Below, piece by piece: positions 55,117 to 64,000 of a stretch of DNA of 64,000 nt. A program made the position numbers and the translations under genes. The notes under the pieces are model-generated. The model made no database searches. It was not told where the DNA came from and was given only the letters and a program-made list of their open reading frames with translations. This DNA is from a virus. The stretch lies in the IMG/VR virus record IMGVR_UViG_3300027969_000086, positions 4,592-68,591 of that record; one strand, given 5' to 3'. How positions within the stretch are numbered: the stretch's first letter is position 1; each line of letters opens with the position of its first letter.

Positions 55117-55910
55117 TCTTTTTAAGCAAAGAAGGCGAAGACGAATACATTAACATGTTTGCCTCTGGGTGTAAACAGAGTTCTATATCAACTGACAATT
55201 TCGCCTACGATATATCTACAGAACCAATAGTACTGCGAGGTATATTAAAACATAAAATAATGAAACGCTGCTGGAAAGACGGTCGAACATTTTATTATAT
55301 GGATACCGGGTATTTTGGTAATGAAAGGACAGCTTCAAATCCCAATGGATGGAAGTACTGGCATCGCATAGTAAAAAACGATCTTCAGCACGGTGAAATT
55401 ATTACTAGACCCGACGATCGTTTTAAAAAATTTAACAAAACTTTTACACCTTGGAAAAAAGACGGTAGAAAGATATTAGTTGCAGCCCCGGATGATAAAC
55501 CTTGTAAATTCTACGGAGTTACAAGAGAGCAATGGGTCGCTGACACCGTTGCAACAATTAAACAACATACAGATAGACCAGTAGTCGTAAGAGAACGAGC
55601 ACCTAAAAGGATCGACAGAATTGCTACAGATACTTTACAACAGGCATTAGACAACGATGTATTTGCTCTAGTAACATATAATAGTGTTGCCGCAATTGAA
55701 AGTGTTTTTTACGGTATACCAGCGTTTACTATGGCTCCCGCAAATGCTGCAAGTCCAGTAGCATTACAAGATCTTAGTAAAATAGAAACACCGTACTATG
55801 CAGATAAAGATAAGTTATATGCCTGGGGTTGTCATTTAGCCTATGGGCAATTTCACATAACTGAGTTAAAAAGCGGTGAAGCAAAAAGGATGCTAGAAGA
55901 ACTATGGTAA
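55113..55910 (+). CDS. Capsule-synthesis (KpsS/KpsC-like) GT-B protein, paralog 1
   Basis: YMDTGYFG, KILV..P, TDRPVVVR, LVTYNS.AAIES..YGIPAF, LAYGQF...E..SG.A. Confidence 0.55.
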   Translation: MIFLSKEGEDEYINMFASGCKQSSISTDNFAYDISTEPIVLRGILKHKIMKRCWKDGRTFYYMDTGYFGNERTASNPNGWKYWHRIVKNDLQHGEIITRPDDRFKKFNKTFTPWKKDGRKILVAAPDDKPCKFYGVTREQWVADTVATIKQHTDRPVVVRERAPKRIDRIATDTLQQALDNDVFALVTYNSVAAIESVFYGIPAFTMAPANAASPVALQDLSKIETPYYADKDKLYAWGCHLAYGQFHITELKSGEAKRMLEELW

Positions 55911-56695
55911 TGAAAATAGAAGATGTTACTTGCATTGAACAGCTGATTGTTTACGGTTCCGGCGGCCAATGTACAGATGACTACAATGATAAAACAAAAC
56001 CTTTTGTAGCAAGAGGTGTAGTAAAACGAAAAGAAATACATCAGTGTATTAAAGAGGGTAGGAGTTTCTATTATACCGATACTGGATATTTTGGAAACTT
56101 TAAAAGCGAAGGTAATTCTAGTGGCAAGAAAAAATGGGTACGGATTGTCAAAGACGAACTACAGAAATCCACACTAGAAACATGGCCTTCGGACCGATGG
56201 GATTTTCTTGTAAAGCTAGATAAGCGCCTGGAATGGAAAGGATGGAAAACCAAAGGAAACAAAATTTTATTGGTAACTCCAAATCCTAAATCTTGTCACT
56301 ACTTTGGATTTGAATTAGATGATTGGAAAAACAACACAATCGCTGAAATTAAAAAACATACAGACATGCCAATTATTATTAGAGATAAAGCATCTCGAAG
56401 TGAACGACATGCTAACTCGATATATGAAGCACTAGATCAAGGAATTTTTGCCACAGTAACCTTTAATAGTATTGCTGCTATTGAATCAATTGCCTATGGA
56501 ATCCCTGCGTTCGTTGCAGTTCCTTGTGCAGCAAGCCCATTAGCACTAACTGATCTTTCAAAGATTGCAACACCGTATTATCCAGACGAATCTCTAGTTA
56601 AAAAACAATGTTCCAATTTAGCTTACGGACAGTTCCGCGGCGAGGAAATTGAAAACGGTACTGCTTGGAAAATTTTACAAAGAACCGCCAAATGA
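55904..56695 (+). CDS. Capsule-synthesis-like GT-B protein, paralog 2
   Basis: YTDTGYFG, TVTFNS.AAIES..YGIPAF, LAYGQF..EEI.NG.AW; alternative start at 55910. Confidence 0.55.
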   Translation: MVMKIEDVTCIEQLIVYGSGGQCTDDYNDKTKPFVARGVVKRKEIHQCIKEGRSFYYTDTGYFGNFKSEGNSSGKKKWVRIVKDELQKSTLETWPSDRWDFLVKLDKRLEWKGWKTKGNKILLVTPNPKSCHYFGFELDDWKNNTIAEIKKHTDMPIIIRDKASRSERHANSIYEALDQGIFATVTFNSIAAIESIAYGIPAFVAVPCAASPLALTDLSKIATPYYPDESLVKKQCSNLAYGQFRGEEIENGTAWKILQRTAK

Positions 56696-57795
56696 AATTA
56701 CTAATTAACGATAAAGAGATTGCATATTTTTTATTGAGCCTTATTGATCATACCGAATCATTAAAGGATATCAAGCTGCCAGAAAACGAAACTGCACTGG
56801 CAATAAACTATGTGTTAGAGTTAACCCATCGTCCATTAAAAGGTAAAAAATTTAATCTGTCAAAACATAAACAAAAAATAAAAGACAGAATTAAACGAGC
56901 AGTGTATCGAGATTTAAAACATTATCGCGATGCTATCGTAGAACAACTGCATAGATCTCGTCTTGAACATTTTACAAAAGTTCACGAAAACATTGAATAT
57001 TTTATCAAGAAATTAGGCGAAGACAAAGTTCTAAACTTATATCAAAAAAGCAAAAAACAAAATTTTGTTAAAAGTACTGGATTTTTCTTAGATCAAAATG
57101 CAGAGCTAATCAGGCGTAACAGATTTAATTCATACGAAGAAGATTGTCTAATTAGAAATACAGTAGGCAACGAAAATCTATTGATAACAAAAATTAAAAA
57201 ACAATATCCTTTTTGGTTTATCGATAGCGGCTACACTAATTTTTTAGAAGAAAATAAAATATGGCATAGGATTGTTCGTAGCCATTTACATCATGGAAAC
57301 TCTTTTGACGCTCCAGTTGATAGATTAGGAATATTTAAATCGTTTCCTCAACAATGGCGACAAGGCGGAGAAAAGATAATGGTTATCGAACCAGGACGAT
57401 TTGCCGCAGGTATTTTTGGCGTCGATCTTAAGACATGGAAATACGACATAGAAAAAGAAATTAGACAGTATTCAGATAGGCCGATTGTGTTCAGAGAAAA
57501 AGCACCAAAGAAAGTAAGAGATCCGTTGTATAAACATTTATGCAATGAAGATTATTATTGTTTAATTAATATTAATTCTAATGCTGCTACCGAAGCAGTT
57601 TGGGCCGGCATTCCAGTAATTACCTTAGACCAACATGTTACTAACCCAGTTACTAGCAATAGTATTTCTAATATTAACGATCTGTATAGACCTAATCTAG
57701 CTCAATGGTTGTGTATGCTAAGTTATAGTCAATTTACCTATGAAGAATTAATAGATGGATCTTTTTTAAAAATTGTAAAAAGGTATCATGTCTAA
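56692..57795 (+). CDS. Capsule-synthesis-like GT-B protein, paralog 3, with basic N-terminal extension
   Basis: FIDSGY, SDRPIVFR.K, ININS.AATEA..AGIP, LSYSQFT.EEL..G. Confidence 0.55.
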   Translation: MKLLINDKEIAYFLLSLIDHTESLKDIKLPENETALAINYVLELTHRPLKGKKFNLSKHKQKIKDRIKRAVYRDLKHYRDAIVEQLHRSRLEHFTKVHENIEYFIKKLGEDKVLNLYQKSKKQNFVKSTGFFLDQNAELIRRNRFNSYEEDCLIRNTVGNENLLITKIKKQYPFWFIDSGYTNFLEENKIWHRIVRSHLHHGNSFDAPVDRLGIFKSFPQQWRQGGEKIMVIEPGRFAAGIFGVDLKTWKYDIEKEIRQYSDRPIVFREKAPKKVRDPLYKHLCNEDYYCLININSNAATEAVWAGIPVITLDQHVTNPVTSNSISNINDLYRPNLAQWLCMLSYSQFTYEELIDGSFLKIVKRYHV

Positions 57796-58711
57796 AATTG
57801 CTGTAGCTTATTATGGGGGAATTCCTCCTAATAATAATAACATAGAAAAACCTATGATTCTTGATTATTTTTGTCAAGGAGTTACTGCTGCTGGAGATAC
57901 TGCGATTGCTCACCGAGGAATGAATGCAATAAGATGTGATGTTGCTCTTATTCAGGGATTTGTACACGAACACGGTAAATCAGCACCACATTTGCAATTG
58001 AGACAAAATGCTGTAGACACTCAAAAACGAAACGGCAATCGTAGTTTAATCGTTGATAGTAATTTATTTTTATATGCAGATCTTGGAAATAGTAAACGAT
58101 ACCTTCGTTATAGTTTTGACGGAGTTTTTCCAACTACTGGATTTTATTTTGACAAAGAGGTTGACTCTGGTCGCTGGGCCAAAATCAGTCAAAACTTAAA
58201 TATCAATCTTAAACCATATCGTAGTGTAGGAAACCATATTTTAATTTGTTGCCAGCGTAACGGCGGATGGAGTATGCGGGGACTTCATGTACAACAATGG
58301 CTCGACGACACAATTTTAAAAATTAAAAAGTTTAGTGATAGACCTATTGTTGTTAGAGCGCACCCCGGAGATAAAAAAAGTAGATTGTATTTAAAAATTA
58401 ATCATAGAAATGTAACATTGAGTCCTCCAACAAAGCCATTAACTGATGATTTGAAAAATGCATGGGCAACTGTAGTGTATAATAGTAGTCCTAGTGTTGC
58501 TAGTTTAATAGAAGGAATTCCGGCATTCCTTACAGACCCTATCCCCGAATACAGCCAAAGTTCTGTAGCATCTAATACAGAACTAAGTATGATAGAGCAC
58601 CCTACTTTGTATGAAAGACAAGAATGGATTGAACGATTGTCAATGTGTCATTGGAACTTTGACGAGCTTAGATCAGGTGAAGCATGGCAATTTTTTAAAA
58701 GGTATTTATGA
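57788..58711 (+). CDS. Capsule-synthesis-like GT-B protein, paralog 4
   Basis: ILICCQ, SDRPIVVRAHP, VVYNSS..V.S..EGIP, L..CHW..DEL.SG.AW. Confidence 0.55.
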   Translation: MSKIAVAYYGGIPPNNNNIEKPMILDYFCQGVTAAGDTAIAHRGMNAIRCDVALIQGFVHEHGKSAPHLQLRQNAVDTQKRNGNRSLIVDSNLFLYADLGNSKRYLRYSFDGVFPTTGFYFDKEVDSGRWAKISQNLNINLKPYRSVGNHILICCQRNGGWSMRGLHVQQWLDDTILKIKKFSDRPIVVRAHPGDKKSRLYLKINHRNVTLSPPTKPLTDDLKNAWATVVYNSSPSVASLIEGIPAFLTDPIPEYSQSSVASNTELSMIEHPTLYERQEWIERLSMCHWNFDELRSGEAWQFFKRYL

Positions 58712-59418
58712 GACAATTACACAATGGATGGCATGTGCCAGATGACGACAAGAAAATAAGTTTTGTTCTTGAGGGGGATGCCAACATGGAAAATCCTGCA
58801 TACGAAGGAAAGTATCGTAATTTAATACTAGAACTTATACCTAACAAGCGAACATTTGTTGATGTGGGGACCAATGTAGGAATTTGGAGTAGGCCCATGA
58901 TGACGCGGTTTAATACTACAGTTTCCTACGAACCAAGTCGTCAAAATTTAGAATGTTTAAAGGCAAATATTCCAAGCGGTATCGATCTTCGTGAAAAAGC
59001 TGTGGCAAACTTTCAAGGCACCGCAGCCTTTCATCAAGCTGGAAAAAATTGTGGTGACGGAAAATTATGTAGGCCAGGGATTGGCGCATCGTATGATGTG
59101 CCTGTAGTTAAATTAGACGACGAAGAGTTAACTAATGTTGATTTAATTAAAATCGATGTACAAGGATGGGAATACGAAGTATTACAGGGAGCAGTTGGTA
59201 TTATTAAAGAACAACGACCGTGGGTAATATTTGAAGTTAATCAAGACATCGACGAATGTTGTAAGTTAATGGAAGAACTAGGATACGAAACAATCAGTTG
59301 CAAGAGCAAACGAGTGTTTATATGGGCTCCGCTCACCGGATATAATACGCCTACAGATTCTACAAGGTTTGGTCGATATCTAGGACCGGGTCCTTATAAA
59401 GAAAGATTTGGCGGTTAA
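58708..59418 (+). CDS. FkbM-family methyltransferase
   Basis: FVDVGTNVGIW, SYEP...N..CL..N, LDD, DLIKIDVQGWE..VL.GA, P.VIFE. Confidence 0.85.
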   Translation: MRQLHNGWHVPDDDKKISFVLEGDANMENPAYEGKYRNLILELIPNKRTFVDVGTNVGIWSRPMMTRFNTTVSYEPSRQNLECLKANIPSGIDLREKAVANFQGTAAFHQAGKNCGDGKLCRPGIGASYDVPVVKLDDEELTNVDLIKIDVQGWEYEVLQGAVGIIKEQRPWVIFEVNQDIDECCKLMEELGYETISCKSKRVFIWAPLTGYNTPTDSTRFGRYLGPGPYKERFGG

Positions 59419-60227
59419 GAAAATTGCTGCCAATAAGGCTCGGGCCGGTTAACAAGCAGGTCCGTTCTTTTACTTTTTCCTAGATCTTTTCTTCCACCCT
59501 TAAGATGATCTAACCAAGCACCCCACTCGCTGTTGATAAGAGGATGACCTTCACCGGTAACAAGGTGACTACTCCAATCTAATTCGTTTGTTTTAACATA
59601 ATTTCTTACAGCGTCGAATACAAAACTATCGTGCCATTCGGCTAGTTTAAAAATTCCATCTTCTGCATTGTCGTACATCCATTGAAACTTTTGTAAAAAT
59701 TGTTGAACTGCCGGACTGCGTAAATTCATAGAATACAGCCCGCACTCACTAAATTTTCCCTTGCGCCCCAAGAAACATAAATCTTTATCTTGTGGAATTA
59801 GTCGTTTAATTTGTGCTATGCTAATTGGACTATGACAAATAGTGTCGGCATCCATCCATATTAATATATCAGCGTCGGTTGTTTTTGCACAATGAAAAAT
59901 ACTATAGACTTTATGAGCAAATCTTACAGCGTCCCACTTAAAACCTTTACCTGAGTCTTTTCTTTTTGATCTAACAGGATCTAATTTAACATCGCCATTG
60001 GCTTTAGGAACTCCCTTCCATTTTTCTTTAAAAGCAGATAGTTCCGTAACACTGTCTAGGTCAAACAATGTTACATGATTGTGATCTCTAATTGCAGGAT
60101 TACATTTTTCTGGATAAATGTGTAAGGTGATTTCTTGAGGCCAGTTAGTGCAGAATGTATCAATCATTCTTTGCGCATATGTTTTAAGGCCTGCTTCGTG
60201 AAATGTAGTAACTACAGCAATTTTCAT
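59415..60227 (-). CDS. Glycosyltransferase (GT-A fold)
   Basis: VVTTF, RFAHKV, LIWMDADT (DxD), SECG, EWHDSFVFD, DHLKG.RK. Confidence 0.7.
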   Translation of the reverse strand: MKIAVVTTFHEAGLKTYAQRMIDTFCTNWPQEITLHIYPEKCNPAIRDHNHVTLFDLDSVTELSAFKEKWKGVPKANGDVKLDPVRSKRKDSGKGFKWDAVRFAHKVYSIFHCAKTTDADILIWMDADTICHSPISIAQIKRLIPQDKDLCFLGRKGKFSECGLYSMNLRSPAVQQFLQKFQWMYDNAEDGIFKLAEWHDSFVFDAVRNYVKTNELDWSSHLVTGEGHPLINSEWGAWLDHLKGGRKDLGKSKRTDLLVNRPEPYWQQFS

Positions 60228-60631
60228 TTTCTAATAATTTTCCAAACTTGATAATCGTCTACAACAGTAATTTGTTCGTATCGTATTCTTCTAAAGAAGT
60301 CGATGTACTCTGTACTTAGTATAAGATCTCTGTGTAAAAAAATAACAGGAGCACATTTCCTTGTTAGTTGAGGTATAAACTGAAATATTCCTGAATCGTA
60401 ATTGGTATTAAGAAATACAATATCAATAGATTGCAATTGGTTTATAAAAGCATGGTCCTGAATGGCTATTAAATTTTTATATTTTGGTAACTGATGTTGA
60501 TGGTTAACACAAAACACCGTATTAAACCCACCGATCATATTTTCGATATTTTTTTGATTGGGACCTACAACAATCACATTGTCTATAACTTTTTTAACGG
60601 TTTTTTGAATTCTTTTTATAAATTTTGACAT
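60224..60631 (-). CDS. Hypothetical protein (135 aa)
   Basis: ATGA overlap with the downstream glycosyltransferase. Confidence 0.55.
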   Translation of the reverse strand: MSKFIKRIQKTVKKVIDNVIVVGPNQKNIENMIGGFNTVFCVNHQHQLPKYKNLIAIQDHAFINQLQSIDIVFLNTNYDSGIFQFIPQLTRKCAPVIFLHRDLILSTEYIDFFRRIRYEQITVVDDYQVWKIIRK

Positions 60632-60664
60632 GATGTGAGTTAAATACTCAGTTATTTATTCACT

Positions 60665-61519
60665 ATGAAATTCAAACTTTACAAAAACTACGGTGCATTG
60701 AACAGTGTTCCGGTATTCGACGCCTTTGCCAACGGCGTTAAGGTGTCTGGCCACGAAATTGTGGAGGATGGCGAAGATGTGGCAGTAATTTGGTCGGTTT
60801 TGTGGAATGGTCGCATGGCCGGCAACCAACAAATTTACAACGATTGTGTTAAACAAAACAAACCTGTAATGGTTATCGAAGTGGGTAGTTTAAAAAGAGG
60901 CCTAACATGGAGAATTTCTGAAGGACATATCAACGGCCTTGGAATTTTTGGAAATATTGAAAATTTAGACCCCTCGAGGCCACAAAAATTAGGGGTTAGC
61001 CTTCGACCTGAAAAAACAAAACGGCGCAATGAAATTCTTATTGCCACCCAACACAGTCGAAGTCTTCAGTGGCAAGGTCAACCTAGCATGGAGCAATGGA
61101 TACGAGACACTATAGTAAAAATCAAACGCCACTCTAGCCGAAGAATTGTGGTTAGGCCCCATCCTAGGTCACAAATTTGTGAAAAGTTTGCCGATGCAGT
61201 AATTGAGATTCCAAAAAAATTGGTCAACACCTACGACGGGTTCGACATCAATTATGATTATCATTGTGTTATCAACCACAATTCCGGTCCATCTGTTCAG
61301 GCAGCAATCAATGGAACCCCAACCATCTGTGATAGCTCAAGTTTGGCGTTCCCAGTCAGTGAAAAATGGGAAAATTTAGAAAATCCACAATTGCCTGATC
61401 GTGAGGAATGGTTCTTAAAATTATGTCATACCGAATGGACTGTGGATGAGATTAGCCAAGGCATTCCACTTAAACGCCTCGAAGGCTACCTCGAAGAAAA
61501 ATTAAAAATTAGGCCTTGA
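60665..61519 (+). CDS. Capsule-synthesis-like GT-B protein, paralog 5
   Basis: VIE.G.L.R, ILIATQ, RRIVVRPHP, VINHNSG..V.AA..G.P, L.HTEWT.DEI..G. Confidence 0.55.
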   Translation: MKFKLYKNYGALNSVPVFDAFANGVKVSGHEIVEDGEDVAVIWSVLWNGRMAGNQQIYNDCVKQNKPVMVIEVGSLKRGLTWRISEGHINGLGIFGNIENLDPSRPQKLGVSLRPEKTKRRNEILIATQHSRSLQWQGQPSMEQWIRDTIVKIKRHSSRRIVVRPHPRSQICEKFADAVIEIPKKLVNTYDGFDINYDYHCVINHNSGPSVQAAINGTPTICDSSSLAFPVSEKWENLENPQLPDREEWFLKLCHTEWTVDEISQGIPLKRLEGYLEEKLKIRP

Positions 61520-61544
61520 TTTTCACAATTTTAGGTGCTATACT
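61516..61544 (+). promoter_or_regulatory. Sigma70-like promoter, probably leaderless
   Basis: TTGATT-N17-TATACT with extended TG; ATG at 61551 lies 6 nt downstream, with no SD. Confidence 0.65.
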
Positions 61545-61550
61545 GTATAG

Positions 61551-62741
61551 ATGCTAAAATCATCATTTGTCGAAGATATATTTCTTGAGTTCGTAGATCT
61601 GTGTGACAATAAAAATATTCAACTACAACACCAAGACCAATCAGCAGCCAACAGTTTCTTTGTTGTGCTTTCTACTGGCGGCCAATTGACCAAAAATCAG
61701 GCAAATTTTATCATCAAAATTCTCCAAAAATACAAAATGTATGCCAAGCTAGCTGGACTTGATTATTCCTTGCTTTTAGAAAATCCCGAGTGGCGAGCAG
61801 ATTTTAGAATTCTTGATATGGCAAGAAAAATATTTGTAGAAAAAGATGAAGACGGCGAAGTGTGGATTTGTGCCAAGTTTCCTTTTGCACTAAAAGAGGT
61901 ATTTGATCGAGAAATTTCGCCAATTACCAAAGACTTCGGAGTCAGCACCTGGGACCCCGAAAGAAAGATTCGCAAGATGAAATTTTATAATTTCAACCTT
62001 ATCGAAGTCTACGAGTTCGCACATACCAACAACTTTGAGATTGATGATACCTTTATGGTAGCACTTGCAGATGTTGAAGAAATTTGGCAAAATAGTGAAA
62101 CAATTACTCCCTATTGTGAAAAGCACTTTGGTGCAACAGTTGACTTGATCAATGCCCCGCAGGAAACAGTTGAATGGTTTGAACAGCATAGAACCTGTAA
62201 TCAATCCAGCGATCTACTACTGGCCAAGAGCATGGGATACCTGTTGAAAGAATCTCCAAAAACACTGGCAGAAAAAATAGCCTCGTCAGAACATAGACAA
62301 TTTTGGATGAAGAGTCTAGATCAATTTTTTGAACTGTACAAAGACACCGACGGCATAACAGCAGTGATTCTAAACAAAGGTGACAACTCAGAAGAATGGG
62401 TCAAGTCGTTTACTATGTCGGCTATTTTACATGATGTTTCACCGACAGATATCCGCATTTGTTTCCGCCAAGACAAAATTGAGGACCGAGGGTTTAATCA
62501 GTGGGTCAAAGACAACGGCTACGGTGGTAAGGTGGAAGGCGGTAAAATTTTTATATTTCAAAACAAACCTCCTAAGTGGTTGTTTTCTGATGGAATAGAT
62601 GTTAAAATTATTTTAACTAATAGCTTATATCCAGTGCCCAGTGCCACTACGCAGGCCTGGATGGAATCACACACCTGTGTATGCTTTGTAGGTGATATCA
62701 AGGCTGCACACATTAAGGACAAGAAAATTGCCGAGTTGTAA
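61551..62741 (+). CDS. Hypothetical protein (396 aa) upstream of uvsW
   Basis: Long ORF with its own promoter; overlaps the uvsW start. Confidence 0.65.
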   Translation: MLKSSFVEDIFLEFVDLCDNKNIQLQHQDQSAANSFFVVLSTGGQLTKNQANFIIKILQKYKMYAKLAGLDYSLLLENPEWRADFRILDMARKIFVEKDEDGEVWICAKFPFALKEVFDREISPITKDFGVSTWDPERKIRKMKFYNFNLIEVYEFAHTNNFEIDDTFMVALADVEEIWQNSETITPYCEKHFGATVDLINAPQETVEWFEQHRTCNQSSDLLLAKSMGYLLKESPKTLAEKIASSEHRQFWMKSLDQFFELYKDTDGITAVILNKGDNSEEWVKSFTMSAILHDVSPTDIRICFRQDKIEDRGFNQWVKDNGYGGKVEGGKIFIFQNKPPKWLFSDGIDVKIILTNSLYPVPSATTQAWMESHTCVCFVGDIKAAHIKDKKIAEL

Positions 62742-64000
62742 ACTAACAATTAAAGATGAAGTTAATATCAAAGTCGACGGCCTGGCAGTAGAAACACGGC
62801 GTAAAATTGTCAACAAATTAAAGTTTGATTTGCCCTATGCACGACACATGCCGGCATATAAACTAGGCCGATGGGATGGGACTAAAACTTACTTTAGCAT
62901 TGGTGGTACTGGTTATCTTGCACACTTGGATGTAATATTACCTATCATAGAAGATGCAGGCTATGAAATTGACATAGAAGATTTGCGCCATCATAGCAAG
63001 ATAGAATTCACACCTATCGATGAAAACTATTGGGCGGATCAAGGCAAAACTTGGCCCAAGGGTCACCCAGAGGCCGGTACTCCTATTGTACTGCGTGACT
63101 ATCAATACGATGTTGTCAACAAGTTTTTAGAAAATCCACAGGCCTTACAAGAAGTTGCTACAGGCGCAGGCAAAACAATTACTACGGCAACACTCAGTCA
63201 CTTATGCGAGCCCTACGGCCGCACAATGGTGGTTGTTCCTAATAAATCACTAGTAGTACAAACTGAAGAAGACTACAAGAACCTTGGACTTGATGTTGGT
63301 GTTTACTTCGGCGACAGAAAAGAATTAGGTAAGACACATACTATATGCACATGGCAAAGTCTTAATGTTCTAGACAAGAAAAGTTATGATGATGAAACAT
63401 TAAGCCTGGCTGAATTTACTGCAGGAGTGGCAGCAATCATTGTTGACGAAGTGCATCAAGCCAAGGCAGAAGTATTGACTAAACTACTAACACAGAATTT
63501 TAACAACTGTGCAATTCGTTGGGGACTTACAGGAACTGTACCTAAAGAAGCATTTGAATTTCAAGGCATTCTTGCCAGCATTGGTCCTGTGATCAATCAG
63601 GTTTCTGCACACGATCTACAAGAAAAAGGTGTGCTGGCAAATTTACAAATCAATGTATTGCAGACTACAGATGTGCAGGTGTTCCGTAGCTTTCAAGAAG
63701 AATACAGTTTCTTAGTCACTGATCCTACAAGATTAACCTGGATGGCAAATAAGATCAAGGCGCTGTCCCTAGGTGGAAATACTTTGGTATTAATTAATAG
63801 AATCGACACAGGAAATAAGTTAATCGAACTAATTCCTGAAGCTGTATTTGTCAGTGGTGGCATGAAACTAGATGAAAGAAAAGAAGAGTATGACGAAATT
63901 AAAACTAGTGATGGCAAGATTATTGTGGCGACTTATGGTGTGGCCGCTGTGGGTATTAATATCCCCCGTATTTTTAATCTGGTTCTTATTGAGCCCGGAA
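62728..64000 (+). CDS. uvsW: SF2 DNA helicase UvsW, 3'-truncated
   Basis: Not in the ORF track because there is no stop in the window. Frame 1 from TTG 62728 after AAGGA: G.WDG, LRDYQ, ATGAGKT, VVVP, TWQS, IIVDEVH, GLTGT, VATYG.A.VGINIP. Confidence 0.88.
   Translation, partial: MPSCKLTIKDEVNIKVDGLAVETRRKIVNKLKFDLPYARHMPAYKLGRWDGTKTYFSIGGTGYLAHLDVILPIIEDAGYEIDIEDLRHHSKIEFTPIDENYWADQGKTWPKGHPEAGTPIVLRDYQYDVVNKFLENPQALQEVATGAGKTITTATLSHLCEPYGRTMVVVPNKSLVVQTEEDYKNLGLDVGVYFGDRKELGKTHTICTWQSLNVLDKKSYDDETLSLAEFTAGVAAIIVDEVHQAKAEVLTKLLTQNFNNCAIRWGLTGTVPKEAFEFQGILASIGPVINQVSAHDLQEKGVLANLQINVLQTTDVQVFRSFQEEYSFLVTDPTRLTWMANKIKALSLGGNTLVLINRIDTGNKLIELIPEAVFVSGGMKLDERKEEYDEIKTSDGKIIVATYGVAAVGINIPRIFNLVLIEPG

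Noticed and set aside
1-64000. Alternative genetic code (TAG reassignment), since the gene stops I checked were TAA or TGA
   Set aside because: Core genes are full length under the standard code, with no in-frame TAG interruptions; TAG avoidance alone is not evidence of recoding.

Overview
This is a 64 kb segment of a large T4-like (myovirus-type) dsDNA phage genome, densely coding and mostly on the + strand, read in the standard genetic code. 1-21.5 kb: tail and baseplate appendage genes, including two giant paralogous fibre-like proteins, an S74-chaperone fibre, and LamG, glycine-rich and propeller-like proteins. 21.6-26 kb: an enzyme block with a peptidase-U32/SAM-methyltransferase fusion and a PrnA-like flavin halogenase. 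26-30 kb: further virion proteins, two with cupredoxin-like Cu motifs. 30-48 kb: neck genes (gp15/gp14 inverted relative to gp13), dNMP kinase, sheath, tube, gp4, terminase and probable head proteins. 50-53 kb: gp32, uvsX, uvsY. 53-61.5 kb: a glycan-biosynthesis island. 62.7 kb to the end: a truncated uvsW. No tRNA, CRISPR array, integrase, portal or major capsid gene was recognised. All calls come from reading motifs by eye; no database search was run. The most notable signals are the propeller/coiled-coil/U32-MTase/halogenase module, phycobiliprotein-like C-x-R-D repeats in the giant virion proteins, an FtsZ C-terminal-peptide mimic, and late promoters placed exactly 5 nt before the ATG (implying leaderless mRNAs).
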